From contig DATCBU010000117.1 in the NCBI GenBank assembly GCA_036511675.1, positions 10,619-74,618 on the forward strand: a DNA stretch of 64,000 bases. The letters run 5' to 3'. The notes beneath the pieces are model-generated. The model worked only from the letters and a program-made list of their open reading frames with translations. It was not told where the DNA came from and ran no database searches. Origin of the DNA: Acidimicrobiales bacterium (lineage in GTDB: Bacteria; Actinomycetota; Acidimicrobiia; Acidimicrobiales; UBA8190). The translations under genes were made by a program, and so were the position numbers. Below, piece after piece: positions 1-9,399 of the stretch; the first letter of the stretch is position 1; each line of letters begins with the position of its first letter.

Positions 1-113
1 AGCGCGCCCTGTGCGGGTACGGGCTGAGCGCGGTGCACCGACGGTCGTGGGCGTTCGTCGACTCCCTGCCCTGGGAGCTCACCACCTGGCCCGGTGACTA
101 CCGGAGGCGCGGC

Positions 114-1340
114 TCACGCCTTGACGGCGGGCTCCTTGGGCAGTCCGAGGACGCGCTCCCCGATGATGTTGTGGAGGACCTCGTCGGTACCGCCGGCGAT
201 GCGCATTCCGGGTAGCCCGAGGAAGAACTGGGACCAGGCGTACGTGCCCCACTCGCCGGAATCGGCGACGAGCTTGGGGCCCAACACCGACGACAGCAGT
301 TCGGTCATCCGACGCATGTTCATGGTCAGCGAGAGCTTGGCGATCGACATCTCCGGCCCCGGAGCCTGGCCGCCGGCGATCTTGGCCATGGCGCGCAGGT
401 TGGTGTAGCTCGCCACCCGCCCGTGGATGAAGATGTCGGCCAGCTGCTGGCGGACCAAGGGGTCGGCGGCTTTGCCCTGGTGCCTCACCAGCTCGATGAG
501 ACGAGGCGTGCTCAGGTTGCCGCTCCCCGACGACATGCTGCCCCCCCCGATGGCGGCCCGCTCGTTCATGAGCGTGGTGAGCGCCACCGACCATCCGCCG
601 TTGACGTCGCCGAGCCGGTGGCTGTCGGGCACGCGCACCTCGGTGAAGAACACCTCGTTGAACGACGCGCCGCCGGTCATCTGGCGCAGCGGCCGGATCT
701 CCACGCCAGGGGCGCGCATGTCGACCACGAAGCAGGTGAGGCCCTTGTGCTTGGGGGCGTCAGGATCGGTCCGGCAGATGATCTCCCCGATGTCCGAGAG
801 ATGGGCGCCCGAGGTCCATACCTTCTGGCCCGTCAGCAGCCACTCGTCCCCGTCGCGCACCGCCTTGGTCTGGACCCCGGCCAGGTCACTGCCGGCACCG
901 GGCTCGCTGAACAACTGACAAGCCACGATGTCGCCGCGCCACAGCGGCTTCAGGTACAGCTCCTTCACCTCGTCGATGGCGTGGGCCAGGATCGTGGGCG
1001 CCACCATGCCCAGGCCGATGCCGTAGGGGGTCATGGGCGGGGTCTCGAACCGGGCCTCGATCGACTCGTAGAGCCGCTGGTAGTCGCGGTTGAGGCCCCG
1101 GCCGCCGTAGGCGACGGGCCCCGTGATCCAGCTGAACCCGGCGTCGAAGCGCGTCTGGGCCCAGGCCCGGGCGGCGGTGAGCTCGGCCAGCTCCTCCTCG
1201 AGGGTGCGCTCGGGCAGGAGCGACACCTGGTCCGACCCCTCGCCCCACCCCTCGTCCGCCTGGACTCGGGGCTCGGCGTGGGCCTCGAGGAACGTGAGCG
1301 CCGCCCGCTCGAATTCCTCTTCGGAGATGGTGTCGGCCAT
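114..1340 (-). CDS. acyl-CoA dehydrogenase family protein
   Basis: The 446-aa track ORF is trimmed to the ATG at 1340 (MADTISEEEF). ACAD-like segments are present: SEPGAGSDLAGVQTKAVRDGDEWLLTGQKVWTSGA and the C-terminal GGTDEVLHNIIGERVLGLP. Wobble positions are strongly G/C. Confidence 0.85.
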   Translation of the reverse strand: MADTISEEEFERAALTFLEAHAEPRVQADEGWGEGSDQVSLLPERTLEEELAELTAARAWAQTRFDAGFSWITGPVAYGGRGLNRDYQRLYESIEARFETPPMTPYGIGLGMVAPTILAHAIDEVKELYLKPLWRGDIVACQLFSEPGAGSDLAGVQTKAVRDGDEWLLTGQKVWTSGAHLSDIGEIICRTDPDAPKHKGLTCFVVDMRAPGVEIRPLRQMTGGASFNEVFFTEVRVPDSHRLGDVNGGWSVALTTLMNERAAIGGGSMSSGSGNLSTPRLIELVRHQGKAADPLVRQQLADIFIHGRVASYTNLRAMAKIAGGQAPGPEMSIAKLSLTMNMRRMTELLSSVLGPKLVADSGEWGTYAWSQFFLGLPGMRIAGGTDEVLHNIIGERVLGLPKEPAVKA

Positions 1341-1504
1341 GGGGCTCTCTTTCACGTCGGTGCCCACCCTGCGGGGCCTGCGCCGGGCTCTCGGCTCGGG
1401 CGCAGCCTGGGTGTGGACCTCCCAGCGTACCGACGGGCCCGGAATGGCCGCCAAAGCAGGACAAACCGGACGAGTGGGGCATCTGTTGCGGTAGAACTGC
1501 CGTG

Positions 1505-2425
1505 ATGGCCTACGTGCTCGCCGTCATGGCGGCATTCGCCAATGCTCTGACCAGCGTCCTGCAACGGATGGGGGTGGAGTCCGCCCCGGCGGAGACCAAC
1601 CTGAAACTGAGCCTGATCGCCTACGCCGTGCGGCGCACAGTGTGGATCGCGGGCTTCTTGGTGCTGATCGCGGCGTTCCTCTTGCAGTTCCTGGCGCTGC
1701 ACTTCGGGCGTCTCACCACGGTGCAACCCATCCTGACGCTCGAGCTTCCGTTCCTGATCGCCATCTTGGGGATCTGGTTCCGCCTCCCGCTCACCTGGCG
1801 GGAGTGGGTCGGGGCCAGCGCCGCCGCGGGCGGCTTGGGCGCCTTCCTGGCCTTGTCGGCCCCGAGCGGCGGCAACGAGACGCCCAACCTCCAGGACTGG
1901 GGAATCGTGTCCTTCGCCGTGATCGCGGGGTGCTCGCTGTCGGTCCTGGCCACCCGGACGGGGTCCCCGGCGTGGCGCGCGGCCTGGTTCGGCACGGCGG
2001 GTGCCATTGCCTTCGCCTTCACCGCCGCGCTCATCAAGACCATGAACGACGAGATCACCCGGGGTTGGAGCCACGTCTTTCTCAGCTGGCCCCCCTACGC
2101 CCTGGCCGGCGCCGGCCTGGTCGGGGTGTTCCTGGCCCAGAACGCCTTTCACGCCGGCCCCGTGACGGCATCGCAGTCCGCCCTCGTCATCGTGGACCCG
2201 CTCGTGTCCATCGCCATCGGGATCGGCCTCTTCGGCGACCACGTGCAAACCGCGGGCGGGAGGCTGATCGGTGAGATCCTGGCCATGATGGTCTTGCTCG
2301 CCGGTGTCTTCTCGCTCACGAGGTCCCCCCTCGTGGTGCACGTGAAGAGTGAGGACGAAGAAGACACCCAGATCCTCAGCGCCCGCCGCCGCAACGGGCC
2401 CGGCCCGGCCCTGGAGCCGAGTTGA
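1505..2425 (+). CDS. polytopic integral membrane protein (DMT/NIPA-like)
   Basis: The ATG at 1505 directly follows a GTG at 1502. The 306-aa product has about 9 hydrophobic helices and an acidic C-terminal tail. The family assignment is by general resemblance only. Confidence 0.6.
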   Translation: MAYVLAVMAAFANALTSVLQRMGVESAPAETNLKLSLIAYAVRRTVWIAGFLVLIAAFLLQFLALHFGRLTTVQPILTLELPFLIAILGIWFRLPLTWREWVGASAAAGGLGAFLALSAPSGGNETPNLQDWGIVSFAVIAGCSLSVLATRTGSPAWRAAWFGTAGAIAFAFTAALIKTMNDEITRGWSHVFLSWPPYALAGAGLVGVFLAQNAFHAGPVTASQSALVIVDPLVSIAIGIGLFGDHVQTAGGRLIGEILAMMVLLAGVFSLTRSPLVVHVKSEDEEDTQILSARRRNGPGPALEPS

Positions 2426-3795
2426 GCACCGAGCCGGCACCGGGGACGGCGAAGGGGGCCCGCCGGCGGGCGAAGGGCGGGCCCGATGTGGAGCCGGTCC
2501 GGTCCGGTGCGCCGAGCGCCCCGCCCTCGGCCGCCACCCCGGCTGCGGAGGGTGCGTACGACCCCTGGGCGACGGTGCTCGAACGCATCGACGACGCCGC
2601 TGAGCTGGCCGGCCTCGACCCGGACGTCCATCGCCTGCTGCGACTGCCCGACCGGGTGCTCGAGGTGGCGGTGCCCATCCGGATGGACGACGGCCACGTC
2701 GAGGTGTTCCTGGGTTGGCGGATCCACCACAACACGGCCCGGGGCCCCGCCAAAGGGGGGATCCGCTTCCACCCGAACCTCCATGCTGCCGAGGTGGCGG
2801 CGCTGGCAGCGGACATGACGCTCAAGACCGCCGTGGTCGACATCCCGTTCGGAGGCGGCAAGGGTGGGGTGCGTTGTGATCCCCGCCAACTGTCGATCGG
2901 TGAGCTCGAGCGGCTCACCCGTCGCTACACGTTTGAGATCGCCCCGCTCTTGGGGCCCGACCGGGACATCCCCGCCCCCGACGTCAACACCGACGAGAGG
3001 GTCATGGCCTGGCTCCTCGACACGCTCGACATGCTCCAAGGCCGCTCCCTCCCCGAAGTCGTGACGGGCAAGCCGCTGGCGGTAGGGGGGATGCGGTTGC
3101 ACACGGGGGCCACGGCCTCGGGCGTCGTGCGCTGCGTGCGGGCCGTCTTCGCCGCCCTCGACATGCCGGTCGCCGGCGCCCGGGCCATCGTCCAGGGGTT
3201 CGGCAAAGTCGGGGGGCCGCTCGCCTTCCTCCTGTCGTCGGCGGGCATGCGGGTGGTGGCGGTCGCCGACGTGGGTGGGGCGGTGCACAATCCCGGCGGC
3301 CTCGACCTGAGCCTGTTGTCCGACCACGTCTCGCGCAGCGGCTCGGTGGCGGGTTTCGCCGGTGGCGAGGAGATCCGGTCCTCCGACCTCTGGGCGGTGG
3401 AGGCCGAATTGGCGGTCCCCGCCGCGCTGGAGGGAGCCATCGACGAGTCGGCCGCCCGGGACCTGCGTGTCCGAGTGCTGGTCGAGGCGGCCAACGGTCC
3501 GACCACCCCGGCCGGCGACCGCGTCCTGGCCGAACGGGGCATCGTCGTCGTCCCTGACATCCTGGCCAACGCCGGGGGTGTGACGGCGTCGTACTTCGAG
3601 TGGGCCCAGTCCCGCCAGGGGTATGCCTGGGACGAGGAGCTCGTGGCCACCCGCCTGGCCCGCACCATGGACGATGCCTTCGCCGACGTGTGGGCCCGGT
3701 CCCGGGACCTCGGGGTCACCATGCGACGCGCCGCCGGCGTGGTGGCGGTCGATCGCCTGGCGGCGGCGATCAAGGCCCGGGGACTGTTTCCCTGA
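2422..3795 (+). CDS. gdh: Glu/Leu/Phe/Val dehydrogenase (glutamate dehydrogenase-like)
   Basis: Contains GGIRFHP...LAADMTLKTAVVDIPFGGGKGGV and a Rossmann segment VQGFGKVGG. The TTG start overlaps the upstream stop. The real start may lie further 3' because the N-terminus is Ala/Pro-rich. Confidence 0.85.
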   Translation: MSTEPAPGTAKGARRRAKGGPDVEPVRSGAPSAPPSAATPAAEGAYDPWATVLERIDDAAELAGLDPDVHRLLRLPDRVLEVAVPIRMDDGHVEVFLGWRIHHNTARGPAKGGIRFHPNLHAAEVAALAADMTLKTAVVDIPFGGGKGGVRCDPRQLSIGELERLTRRYTFEIAPLLGPDRDIPAPDVNTDERVMAWLLDTLDMLQGRSLPEVVTGKPLAVGGMRLHTGATASGVVRCVRAVFAALDMPVAGARAIVQGFGKVGGPLAFLLSSAGMRVVAVADVGGAVHNPGGLDLSLLSDHVSRSGSVAGFAGGEEIRSSDLWAVEAELAVPAALEGAIDESAARDLRVRVLVEAANGPTTPAGDRVLAERGIVVVPDILANAGGVTASYFEWAQSRQGYAWDEELVATRLARTMDDAFADVWARSRDLGVTMRRAAGVVAVDRLAAAIKARGLFP

Positions 3796-3844
3796 GCGGT
3801 CTCATTCGCTGAGCCGTCTCATTCTCTCAGCGGTCTCACCGAAT
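3794..3844. repeat. 17-nt tandem repeat x3 in convergent intergenic spacer
   Basis: The units are gagcggtctcattcgct, gagccgtctcattctct and cagcggtctcaccgaat. The first unit overlaps the last two bases of the gdh stop codon (TGA 3793-3795). Confidence 0.9.
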
Positions 3845-3852
3845 GAGCAGCT

Positions 3853-4458
3853 TTACCAGCCCCGGTCGACCCATTCCTGGAGTCGGGGCCGCTCGGTTCC
3901 GATAGTGGTGTCGTCGCCGTGTCCGGGGAGCACGACGGTGTCGGGCCCGAAGGGGGAGAACAGCCGGCCCTCGATGGACGTGATGATGGTGGGGAAGTCT
4001 CCCCCGGGGAACTTGGTGTTCCCCGGGCCGCCCGGGAAGAGCGTGTCACCGCTGAAGAGAAGGGGTGTCCCCTCCACCGTGAAGCACATCGACCCCGGCG
4101 TGTGCCCGGGAGTGGCGATCGTCCGCAGCTGCATGTCCCCGACCTCGATGATGGTGTCGTCCTCGAGGATCAGGTCGTAGGACGGGAGCATCTCGGCGTC
4201 GGCGGCGGTGACCGACACCTCGTATCCCGCCTCGCGCACCGCCGGCACCGCCTGGATGTGGTCCCAGTGGCCGTGGGTCTCCAGGACCTTGCGGACCCCG
4301 AGGTCACGGCACATCTGGAGCAGCATCTCGTGTTCGTTGGCGGCATCGATGAGCACGGCGTCGCCCGTCGCCTTGCTGCGGATGACGTAGACGTTGTTGT
4401 CCATGGGGCCGACGACGACCTTGTGGACCTCGACCAGGCTGTCTTGGTAGTGGGGCAT
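3853..4458 (-). CDS. MBL-fold metallo-hydrolase (glyoxalase II-like)
   Basis: 201 aa with the THGHWDH metal motif, plus TPGHTPGS and a terminal GH..D. Confidence 0.85.
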   Translation of the reverse strand: MPHYQDSLVEVHKVVVGPMDNNVYVIRSKATGDAVLIDAANEHEMLLQMCRDLGVRKVLETHGHWDHIQAVPAVREAGYEVSVTAADAEMLPSYDLILEDDTIIEVGDMQLRTIATPGHTPGSMCFTVEGTPLLFSGDTLFPGGPGNTKFPGGDFPTIITSIEGRLFSPFGPDTVVLPGHGDDTTIGTERPRLQEWVDRGW

Positions 4459-4519
4459 GTCCGCACTCTAAGCCGGGTGTCGCGTGAACGGAACCGGGTC
4501 CCCCGACGTGGAATTGACG

Positions 4520-5782
4520 ATGCGTCGATCGATGTCCTGGCAGGGTCGGATGGCCGTGGTGGGTGCGGCTGCGTGCCTGGCCCTCACGGCCTGTACCCAC
4601 GCCGGTCAGGCCGTTCGCCAACCACCAGCGGCGACTGGCCCCCGGGCCGCCCCGGCCACGACGACCTCGCCGGCCACGACGACCCCGAACGCGGGGGTGG
4701 CGTCGTACGGCTGTGACCGGAACACGTCCGGCCCGACGTTGCCCGGCACCCCGATTACCACCATCCCGTTCGCCTCGTGGCCCGAGGTCACCGTTGTGGC
4801 GGGCATGTGCCCCCAGGTGCTGGATCTGGCGGCCGGTGCGGGCTTCGCCCTCGTCTCCCCGCCTCCCACTTCAGAGGGTCCGTGGGTGTTGCAGCGCATC
4901 GACCTCGCCCGGGCGACGACGGAGAGCGGCCCTACCTTCCCGGTGGGCGCCCTCGCCGTGGCCGCGGGGTACCTCTGGATCTCGTGCGGTCGTTCGTCCG
5001 GCGACGATGCCGTGGGCCCGCTGCTGTGCCAGGTCGATCTGCGCACGCTGGCCGTCGTGCGCCAGATCCAGCTGCCGCCACCGGGCCTGCCCGCATGGGG
5101 CATGGACATCCTGGTGGCGGCCGGACCTGACGACACGGTGTGGGTGGGATACGGGCGGACTCTGGTCCACATCGCCGTGACCGACGGGGCCGTGTCATCC
5201 ACCCTGTCGATCGCTTCGGGCACCGTCGCCAGCCTGTCGGTCGACGCCGCTGCGCAGTATCTCTACGTCGCGCTCGCGTATCCCACCGTTGCCGGGAAGG
5301 CCGTCGACGCCTCGGTCCTCGAGTACGACGCCCGCACCGGGCAGGCGTTGGCGGGGACGTCGTCCGACAGCAACGTGACCGATGCCGTGGCGGGCGGGGT
5401 TCTCACGGCCGTTCCCGGTGGCGTGTGGGACTCGTTTCGGACCGGGATGGCCGGCGCCACCATCCTCCTCCGGCAGTCCGACCTGGCCTTGGCCGGACCG
5501 CCGAGCTCGGAGCTGGGGGACCCGCAGCCCGACGGTGTCTTTGTCTGGATCATGGGCGCGTCCACGATCTACGGGGACGGGGCCCTGCTCCTGGTGAACC
5601 AGAACGGGATCATGGCCTGTGCCGATCCGCGCACCGGCGTCATCCGCGTCCAGGAGCACCTGGTCGATGCCCGAGGTGCCGACGTCGAGCTCCTGGCCGT
5701 CGACGCCACATCGGGTCGGGTGTTGGTCTCCGACGGGAACGGCGTGCAAGCCATCACCCCTCCCGCGGCCTGTTGGGGCTGA
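4520..5782 (+). CDS. putative lipoprotein, function unknown
   Basis: The signal peptide MRRSMSWQGRMAVVGAAACLALTAC carries a lipobox, followed by a Pro/Thr/Ala linker and about 350 aa of beta-rich sequence. The start at 4520 was chosen among several candidates. Confidence 0.6.
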   Translation: MRRSMSWQGRMAVVGAAACLALTACTHAGQAVRQPPAATGPRAAPATTTSPATTTPNAGVASYGCDRNTSGPTLPGTPITTIPFASWPEVTVVAGMCPQVLDLAAGAGFALVSPPPTSEGPWVLQRIDLARATTESGPTFPVGALAVAAGYLWISCGRSSGDDAVGPLLCQVDLRTLAVVRQIQLPPPGLPAWGMDILVAAGPDDTVWVGYGRTLVHIAVTDGAVSSTLSIASGTVASLSVDAAAQYLYVALAYPTVAGKAVDASVLEYDARTGQALAGTSSDSNVTDAVAGGVLTAVPGGVWDSFRTGMAGATILLRQSDLALAGPPSSELGDPQPDGVFVWIMGASTIYGDGALLLVNQNGIMACADPRTGVIRVQEHLVDARGADVELLAVDATSGRVLVSDGNGVQAITPPAACWG

Positions 5783-5858
5783 GGGGCCGGAAGGAGATGG
5801 CCCGGGCGGACCTCGGCCCCGGAGGTGGTGGCAGCTTCCCGTCAACCTCCCGGGGTCG

Positions 5859-6410
5859 ATGAACGTGAGAACTGGTAGACCCGTGCACCGGGCGAGGAGG
5901 CGGCGGGCCGTGGCCGAGGCGGGGCGATTCGAAGACGTCTTCCCCGATCTGTATCGCCTCGCCTACCGGGTGTCGTTCAAGGTGTTGGGAGACAGAGGAG
6001 ACGCCGAGGATGTCGCCCAGGAAGCGCTGGCCCGCACGCACGTGCGGTGGGCACGCCTGGCAGACCGCCCCGAGGGCTGGGTGGTGACCGTGGCCACCAA
6101 CCTGGCTATCGATCGTCTTCGGCGACGGAGCCGGTCGACCGAAACGGGGAGCGAGCCCGTGGTCCTCGTCGAGGTGCACCTGTCCGAGCGGATCGACCTG
6201 GCGCGGGCCCTGCGCCGGCTGTCGCGCCGCCAACGCGAGGTGGTGGTGCTGCGCTACCTGGCGGACTGGCCCGAGCTCGAGGTGGCCGACGCCCTGGGTT
6301 GCACGCCGGGCACGGTGAAGAGCCACGCGTCACGCGGGCTCGCCCAGCTGCGGCATCACCTCGAGGAACGAGGAGTCCGGGGAGGAGATGATGTTCGAGC
6401 ATCTGGATGA
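5859..6410 (+). CDS. ECF (sigma-70 family, SigE-type) RNA polymerase sigma factor
   Basis: The track ORF is trimmed to the ATG at 5859. Region 2 reads DAEDVAQEALARTHVRW. Region 4 reads LSRRQREVVVLRYLADWPELEVADALGCTPGTVKSHASRGL. Confidence 0.85.
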   Translation: MNVRTGRPVHRARRRRAVAEAGRFEDVFPDLYRLAYRVSFKVLGDRGDAEDVAQEALARTHVRWARLADRPEGWVVTVATNLAIDRLRRRSRSTETGSEPVVLVEVHLSERIDLARALRRLSRRQREVVVLRYLADWPELEVADALGCTPGTVKSHASRGLAQLRHHLEERGVRGGDDVRASG

Positions 6411-7725
6411 CCCGACGCCGCCCGACGCCAGCTCCCGGACCCTGGGGGCTGTGCTGGCGCGCGCCGCACGGCTGCGTCGGCGTCGCGCCTCGGCGGCCCT
6501 GGGCGCGGTCGTGGTGGGTGCACTGGCGCTCGGTGTGGTGGTCGGGGTGGTCGTCTCGGGCCCGACGCCCTCACAGACCTTTGCTGCCTTCGACTCCGAG
6601 ACCGGCCTGCTGGCGGCGGGGACACCGGTACCGTCGTCGGACCTGGCCTCGGTGGTCTTCGTGGGTGATCTGCACGGGTTCGCGTTGGTCGTACACGGCA
6701 CGCAGACGCTGCTGGCGGTCTCGGCCGACGGGGGTGACTCCTGGGTCGTCGCCGACCCCAACGTGCCAGTGAGCTTTCCCGCACAGTTCGAGTTCGCCGA
6801 CTCTTCGCACGGCTATCTGTGGGGAGGGCCTCCGTCGTCCTCGGGGACCGTGCCGTTGTGGGTCACCCGTGACGGCGGCCGGACCTGGACGCGAGCGGGG
6901 ATCGGGCCTGTGGTGTCCGACGTCAGTGCGATCGGGCCCGATGTGTGGGCCGTGGTAGGGACATGCCCCATCCGGCCGACGGCGGGACCGTCGTGCCCGG
7001 TGGTGCTCGAGGTGTCGACCGACAACGGACAGTCCTGGTTCCGTGCCGACGCCGCCCCACCGGCGTCGGAGAACTCCGAAGTGACGGTCAGTGACGAGAA
7101 CATCGAGCTGGCTCGGATCACCCGGGCCCGCGCCTACGTGCTCACCTTCGCGTCCCACGCCGGCTCACCGGACACGGCTGGGACCCTCACCTATACCGCC
7201 GACGGAGGACAGACGTGGGCCGCCCGTTCCGACCCGTGTCCGTCGTACTTCGACTTCGGAGAGCAGGTGGCGGCATCGGGAACGAGCGACTTGTGGGTGA
7301 TCTGTGCATCGCAAGCCAGCGCCGGAACACAGGCCAAGGCCCTGTACCGCTCGAGTGACGGCGGCATGAAGTGGGACCTCGCCGCCGCCGCCAACGCCCC
7401 GGTGTTGACCGGGGGCGCGGTCCTCCCCGGCGCGGGGGGACTGCCGACGGAGGGATACGTCACGCCGTACTCGCTGGGCCACGAGAACCTGGCCGTGTTG
7501 ACCGCCACCGACGCCTGGCTCTTTCCCGACCGGTCGGGCGTCTACCAGACGACCGACGGTGGGCGGACCTGGGGAGTGGTGACGGGGTTGTCCAAGGCCG
7601 GCCTGGTGGCGGGGGGGACGGGGAACGTCGTGTTCGCCGACGCCACGCACGGCTGGGTGTGTGAGACCGGGACCGGATTGTGGCGGACCACCGACGGAAG
7701 GAACTGGCAGCGCCTGGGTCCGTGA
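6388..7725 (+). CDS. membrane-anchored Asp-box (BNR) beta-propeller protein, putative cognate anti-sigma/sensor
   Basis: GGAGGAG lies directly 5' of the ATG, and the gene overlaps the sigma gene by 23 nt. It has a short cytoplasmic N-terminus, one TM helix (ALGAVVVGALALGVVVGVVV) and seven S/TxDxGxxW boxes: SADGGDSW, TRDGGRTW, STDNGQSW, TADGGQTW, SSDGGMKW, TTDGGRTW and TTDGRNW. Confidence 0.7.
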   Translation: MMFEHLDDPTPPDASSRTLGAVLARAARLRRRRASAALGAVVVGALALGVVVGVVVSGPTPSQTFAAFDSETGLLAAGTPVPSSDLASVVFVGDLHGFALVVHGTQTLLAVSADGGDSWVVADPNVPVSFPAQFEFADSSHGYLWGGPPSSSGTVPLWVTRDGGRTWTRAGIGPVVSDVSAIGPDVWAVVGTCPIRPTAGPSCPVVLEVSTDNGQSWFRADAAPPASENSEVTVSDENIELARITRARAYVLTFASHAGSPDTAGTLTYTADGGQTWAARSDPCPSYFDFGEQVAASGTSDLWVICASQASAGTQAKALYRSSDGGMKWDLAAAANAPVLTGGAVLPGAGGLPTEGYVTPYSLGHENLAVLTATDAWLFPDRSGVYQTTDGGRTWGVVTGLSKAGLVAGGTGNVVFADATHGWVCETGTGLWRTTDGRNWQRLGP

Positions 7726-7764
7726 CGGCGAGGCGCGCGCGGCCGCCCCGACGGCCGAACGGGC

Positions 7765-7786
7765 TTGTTGACAAGCTGGTCAACAA
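7765..7786. promoter_or_regulatory. inverted repeat TTGTTGAC-N6-GTCAACAA (candidate operator) overlapping a TTGACA hexamer
   Basis: Perfect 8-bp arms lie 91 nt upstream of the acyl-CoA dehydrogenase start at 7877. TTGACA is at 7768-7773. Confidence 0.4.
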
Positions 7787-7876
7787 CACTCGCCGTCTGG
7801 TAGACAACGGGCGTCAGCGACCGGCGGTGACGAGCCACGAGAGCCTTCCGAGGACCCGACAGGGGGACCCACAGTC

Positions 7877-8992
7877 ATGAACTTCGCCTTCAGCGAGGAG
7901 CAGGAGGAGCTGCGTCGATCTGTTCGGCGTTTTCTCGAGGACAAGTCGCCCTCCACCGAGGTCCGGCGCCTCATGGAGACGACCGAGGGATTCGACCGGG
8001 CGGTGTGGGACCAGATGGCCAACCAGCTCGGGTTGCAGGCACTGGCGATCCCCGAGGAGTACGGGGGTGTCGGGTTCGGCTACGTCGAGCTGACGGTGGT
8101 GTTCGAGGAGATGGGCGCGGCATTGCTGTGCGCCCCGTACTTCGCCACCGTGGCGCTGGGTGCCAACGCGCTGTTGTCGAGTGGGGACGAGACCGCCAAG
8201 AAGGACTTGCTGCCGGGGATCGCCTCGGGTGAGACCATCGCCACCCTGGCGCTGACCGAGGACAGTGGGCGCTGGGACACCGACGGGATCACCCTGGCCG
8301 CCACCCACAAAGAAGACGAGTGGAAGCTCGACGGCCACAAGATGTTCGTGGTCGACGGCCACAATGCCAACCTTGTCCTCGCCGCGGCCCGCACGGATAA
8401 GGGTGTGAGCCTGTTCGCCGTCGAAGGAGGCGCGGCGGGGATGACCGCCACCCCGTTGGCGACCATGGACCAGACGCGCAAGCAGGCGAGGATCGAATTC
8501 GCGTCGACGCCGGCGCGCTTGATCGGGACCGAGGGCGGAGCCGCTCCCGTGCTGTCTCGCACCCTCGACCTCGCCGCGGTGGCGCTGGCCGCCGAGCAGG
8601 TGGGTGGTGCCCAGCGCTGTCTGGACATGGCGGTCGAGTACGCCAAGACGCGCATTCAGTTCGGCCGGCCCATCGGTTCGTTCCAGGCGATCAAGCACAA
8701 GTGCGCCGACATGCTCCTCGAGGTCGAGTCGGCCAAGTCCGCCGCCTACTACGCCGGATGGGCCGCGGCCGAGGACTCCGAAGAGCTCCCCGTGGTCGCC
8801 AGCCTGGCCAAGTCGTACTGCTCGGAGGCGTACTTCCACGCCGCGGCGGAGAACATCCAGATTCACGGTGGCATCGGCTTCACATGGGAGCACGATGCCC
8901 ACCTCTACTTCAAGCGGGCCAAGTCCTCAGAGCTCATGCTGGGGGACCCCAGCTACCATCGCGAGCTCCTGGCCCAGCGGATCGGGATCTGA
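7877..8992 (+). CDS. acyl-CoA dehydrogenase family protein
   Basis: 371 aa starting MNFAFSEEQEELRRSVRRFLE. The C-terminal segment AAENIQIHGGIGFTWEHDAHLYFKRAK is ACAD-like. Confidence 0.85.
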   Translation: MNFAFSEEQEELRRSVRRFLEDKSPSTEVRRLMETTEGFDRAVWDQMANQLGLQALAIPEEYGGVGFGYVELTVVFEEMGAALLCAPYFATVALGANALLSSGDETAKKDLLPGIASGETIATLALTEDSGRWDTDGITLAATHKEDEWKLDGHKMFVVDGHNANLVLAAARTDKGVSLFAVEGGAAGMTATPLATMDQTRKQARIEFASTPARLIGTEGGAAPVLSRTLDLAAVALAAEQVGGAQRCLDMAVEYAKTRIQFGRPIGSFQAIKHKCADMLLEVESAKSAAYYAGWAAAEDSEELPVVASLAKSYCSEAYFHAAAENIQIHGGIGFTWEHDAHLYFKRAKSSELMLGDPSYHRELLAQRIGI

Positions 8993-9066
8993 CGCTCGGG
9001 CCCGTGGCATCCTGATCGGCCCCTGCGGAGAGTCCCTCCGGGGCCTTCCTGCGGGATACTGAGGTC

Positions 9067-9366
9067 GTGGAGGACGAACCGGAGCAGCGACCCGACGCCC
9101 CGGCCCCCGGTGCCGCCCCTGGTGCGGGCGGGCCACGCGCCTCGGACGCCGATCGCAATCGGTTCGCCACGCTGCTCGAGCGCCATTTCGCCGAAGGCCG
9201 TCTGAGCGAAGCGGAGTTCTCCGACAGGATGGACCGCGCTCTGGCTGCGCGCACCCTGGTCGAGCTGTATGCCTTGAGCGCGGATCTCCCTGATCCTCCC
9301 GCCGTCGACGTCCCGCACGCTCCTCTGGGTCAGAAGCGCCGCGCCTGGCGCTTCTGGCGGACCTGA
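9067..9366 (+). CDS. DUF1707-like small protein
   Basis: ASDADRNRFATLLERHFAEGRLSEAEFSDRMDRALAARTLVEL matches the pattern I know as DUF1707. GTG start. Confidence 0.55.
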   Translation: MEDEPEQRPDAPAPGAAPGAGGPRASDADRNRFATLLERHFAEGRLSEAEFSDRMDRALAARTLVELYALSADLPDPPAVDVPHAPLGQKRRAWRFWRT

Positions 9367-9399
9367 GCTGCGGCCAGCGGGCGGCGGGAGGGAACGGGT

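Noticed and set aside
1-113. Possible 3' end of a truncated plus-strand gene at the window edge.
   Set aside because: Frame 1 stops after 8 codons and the other frames have no recognisable features. The sequence is too short to support a call.
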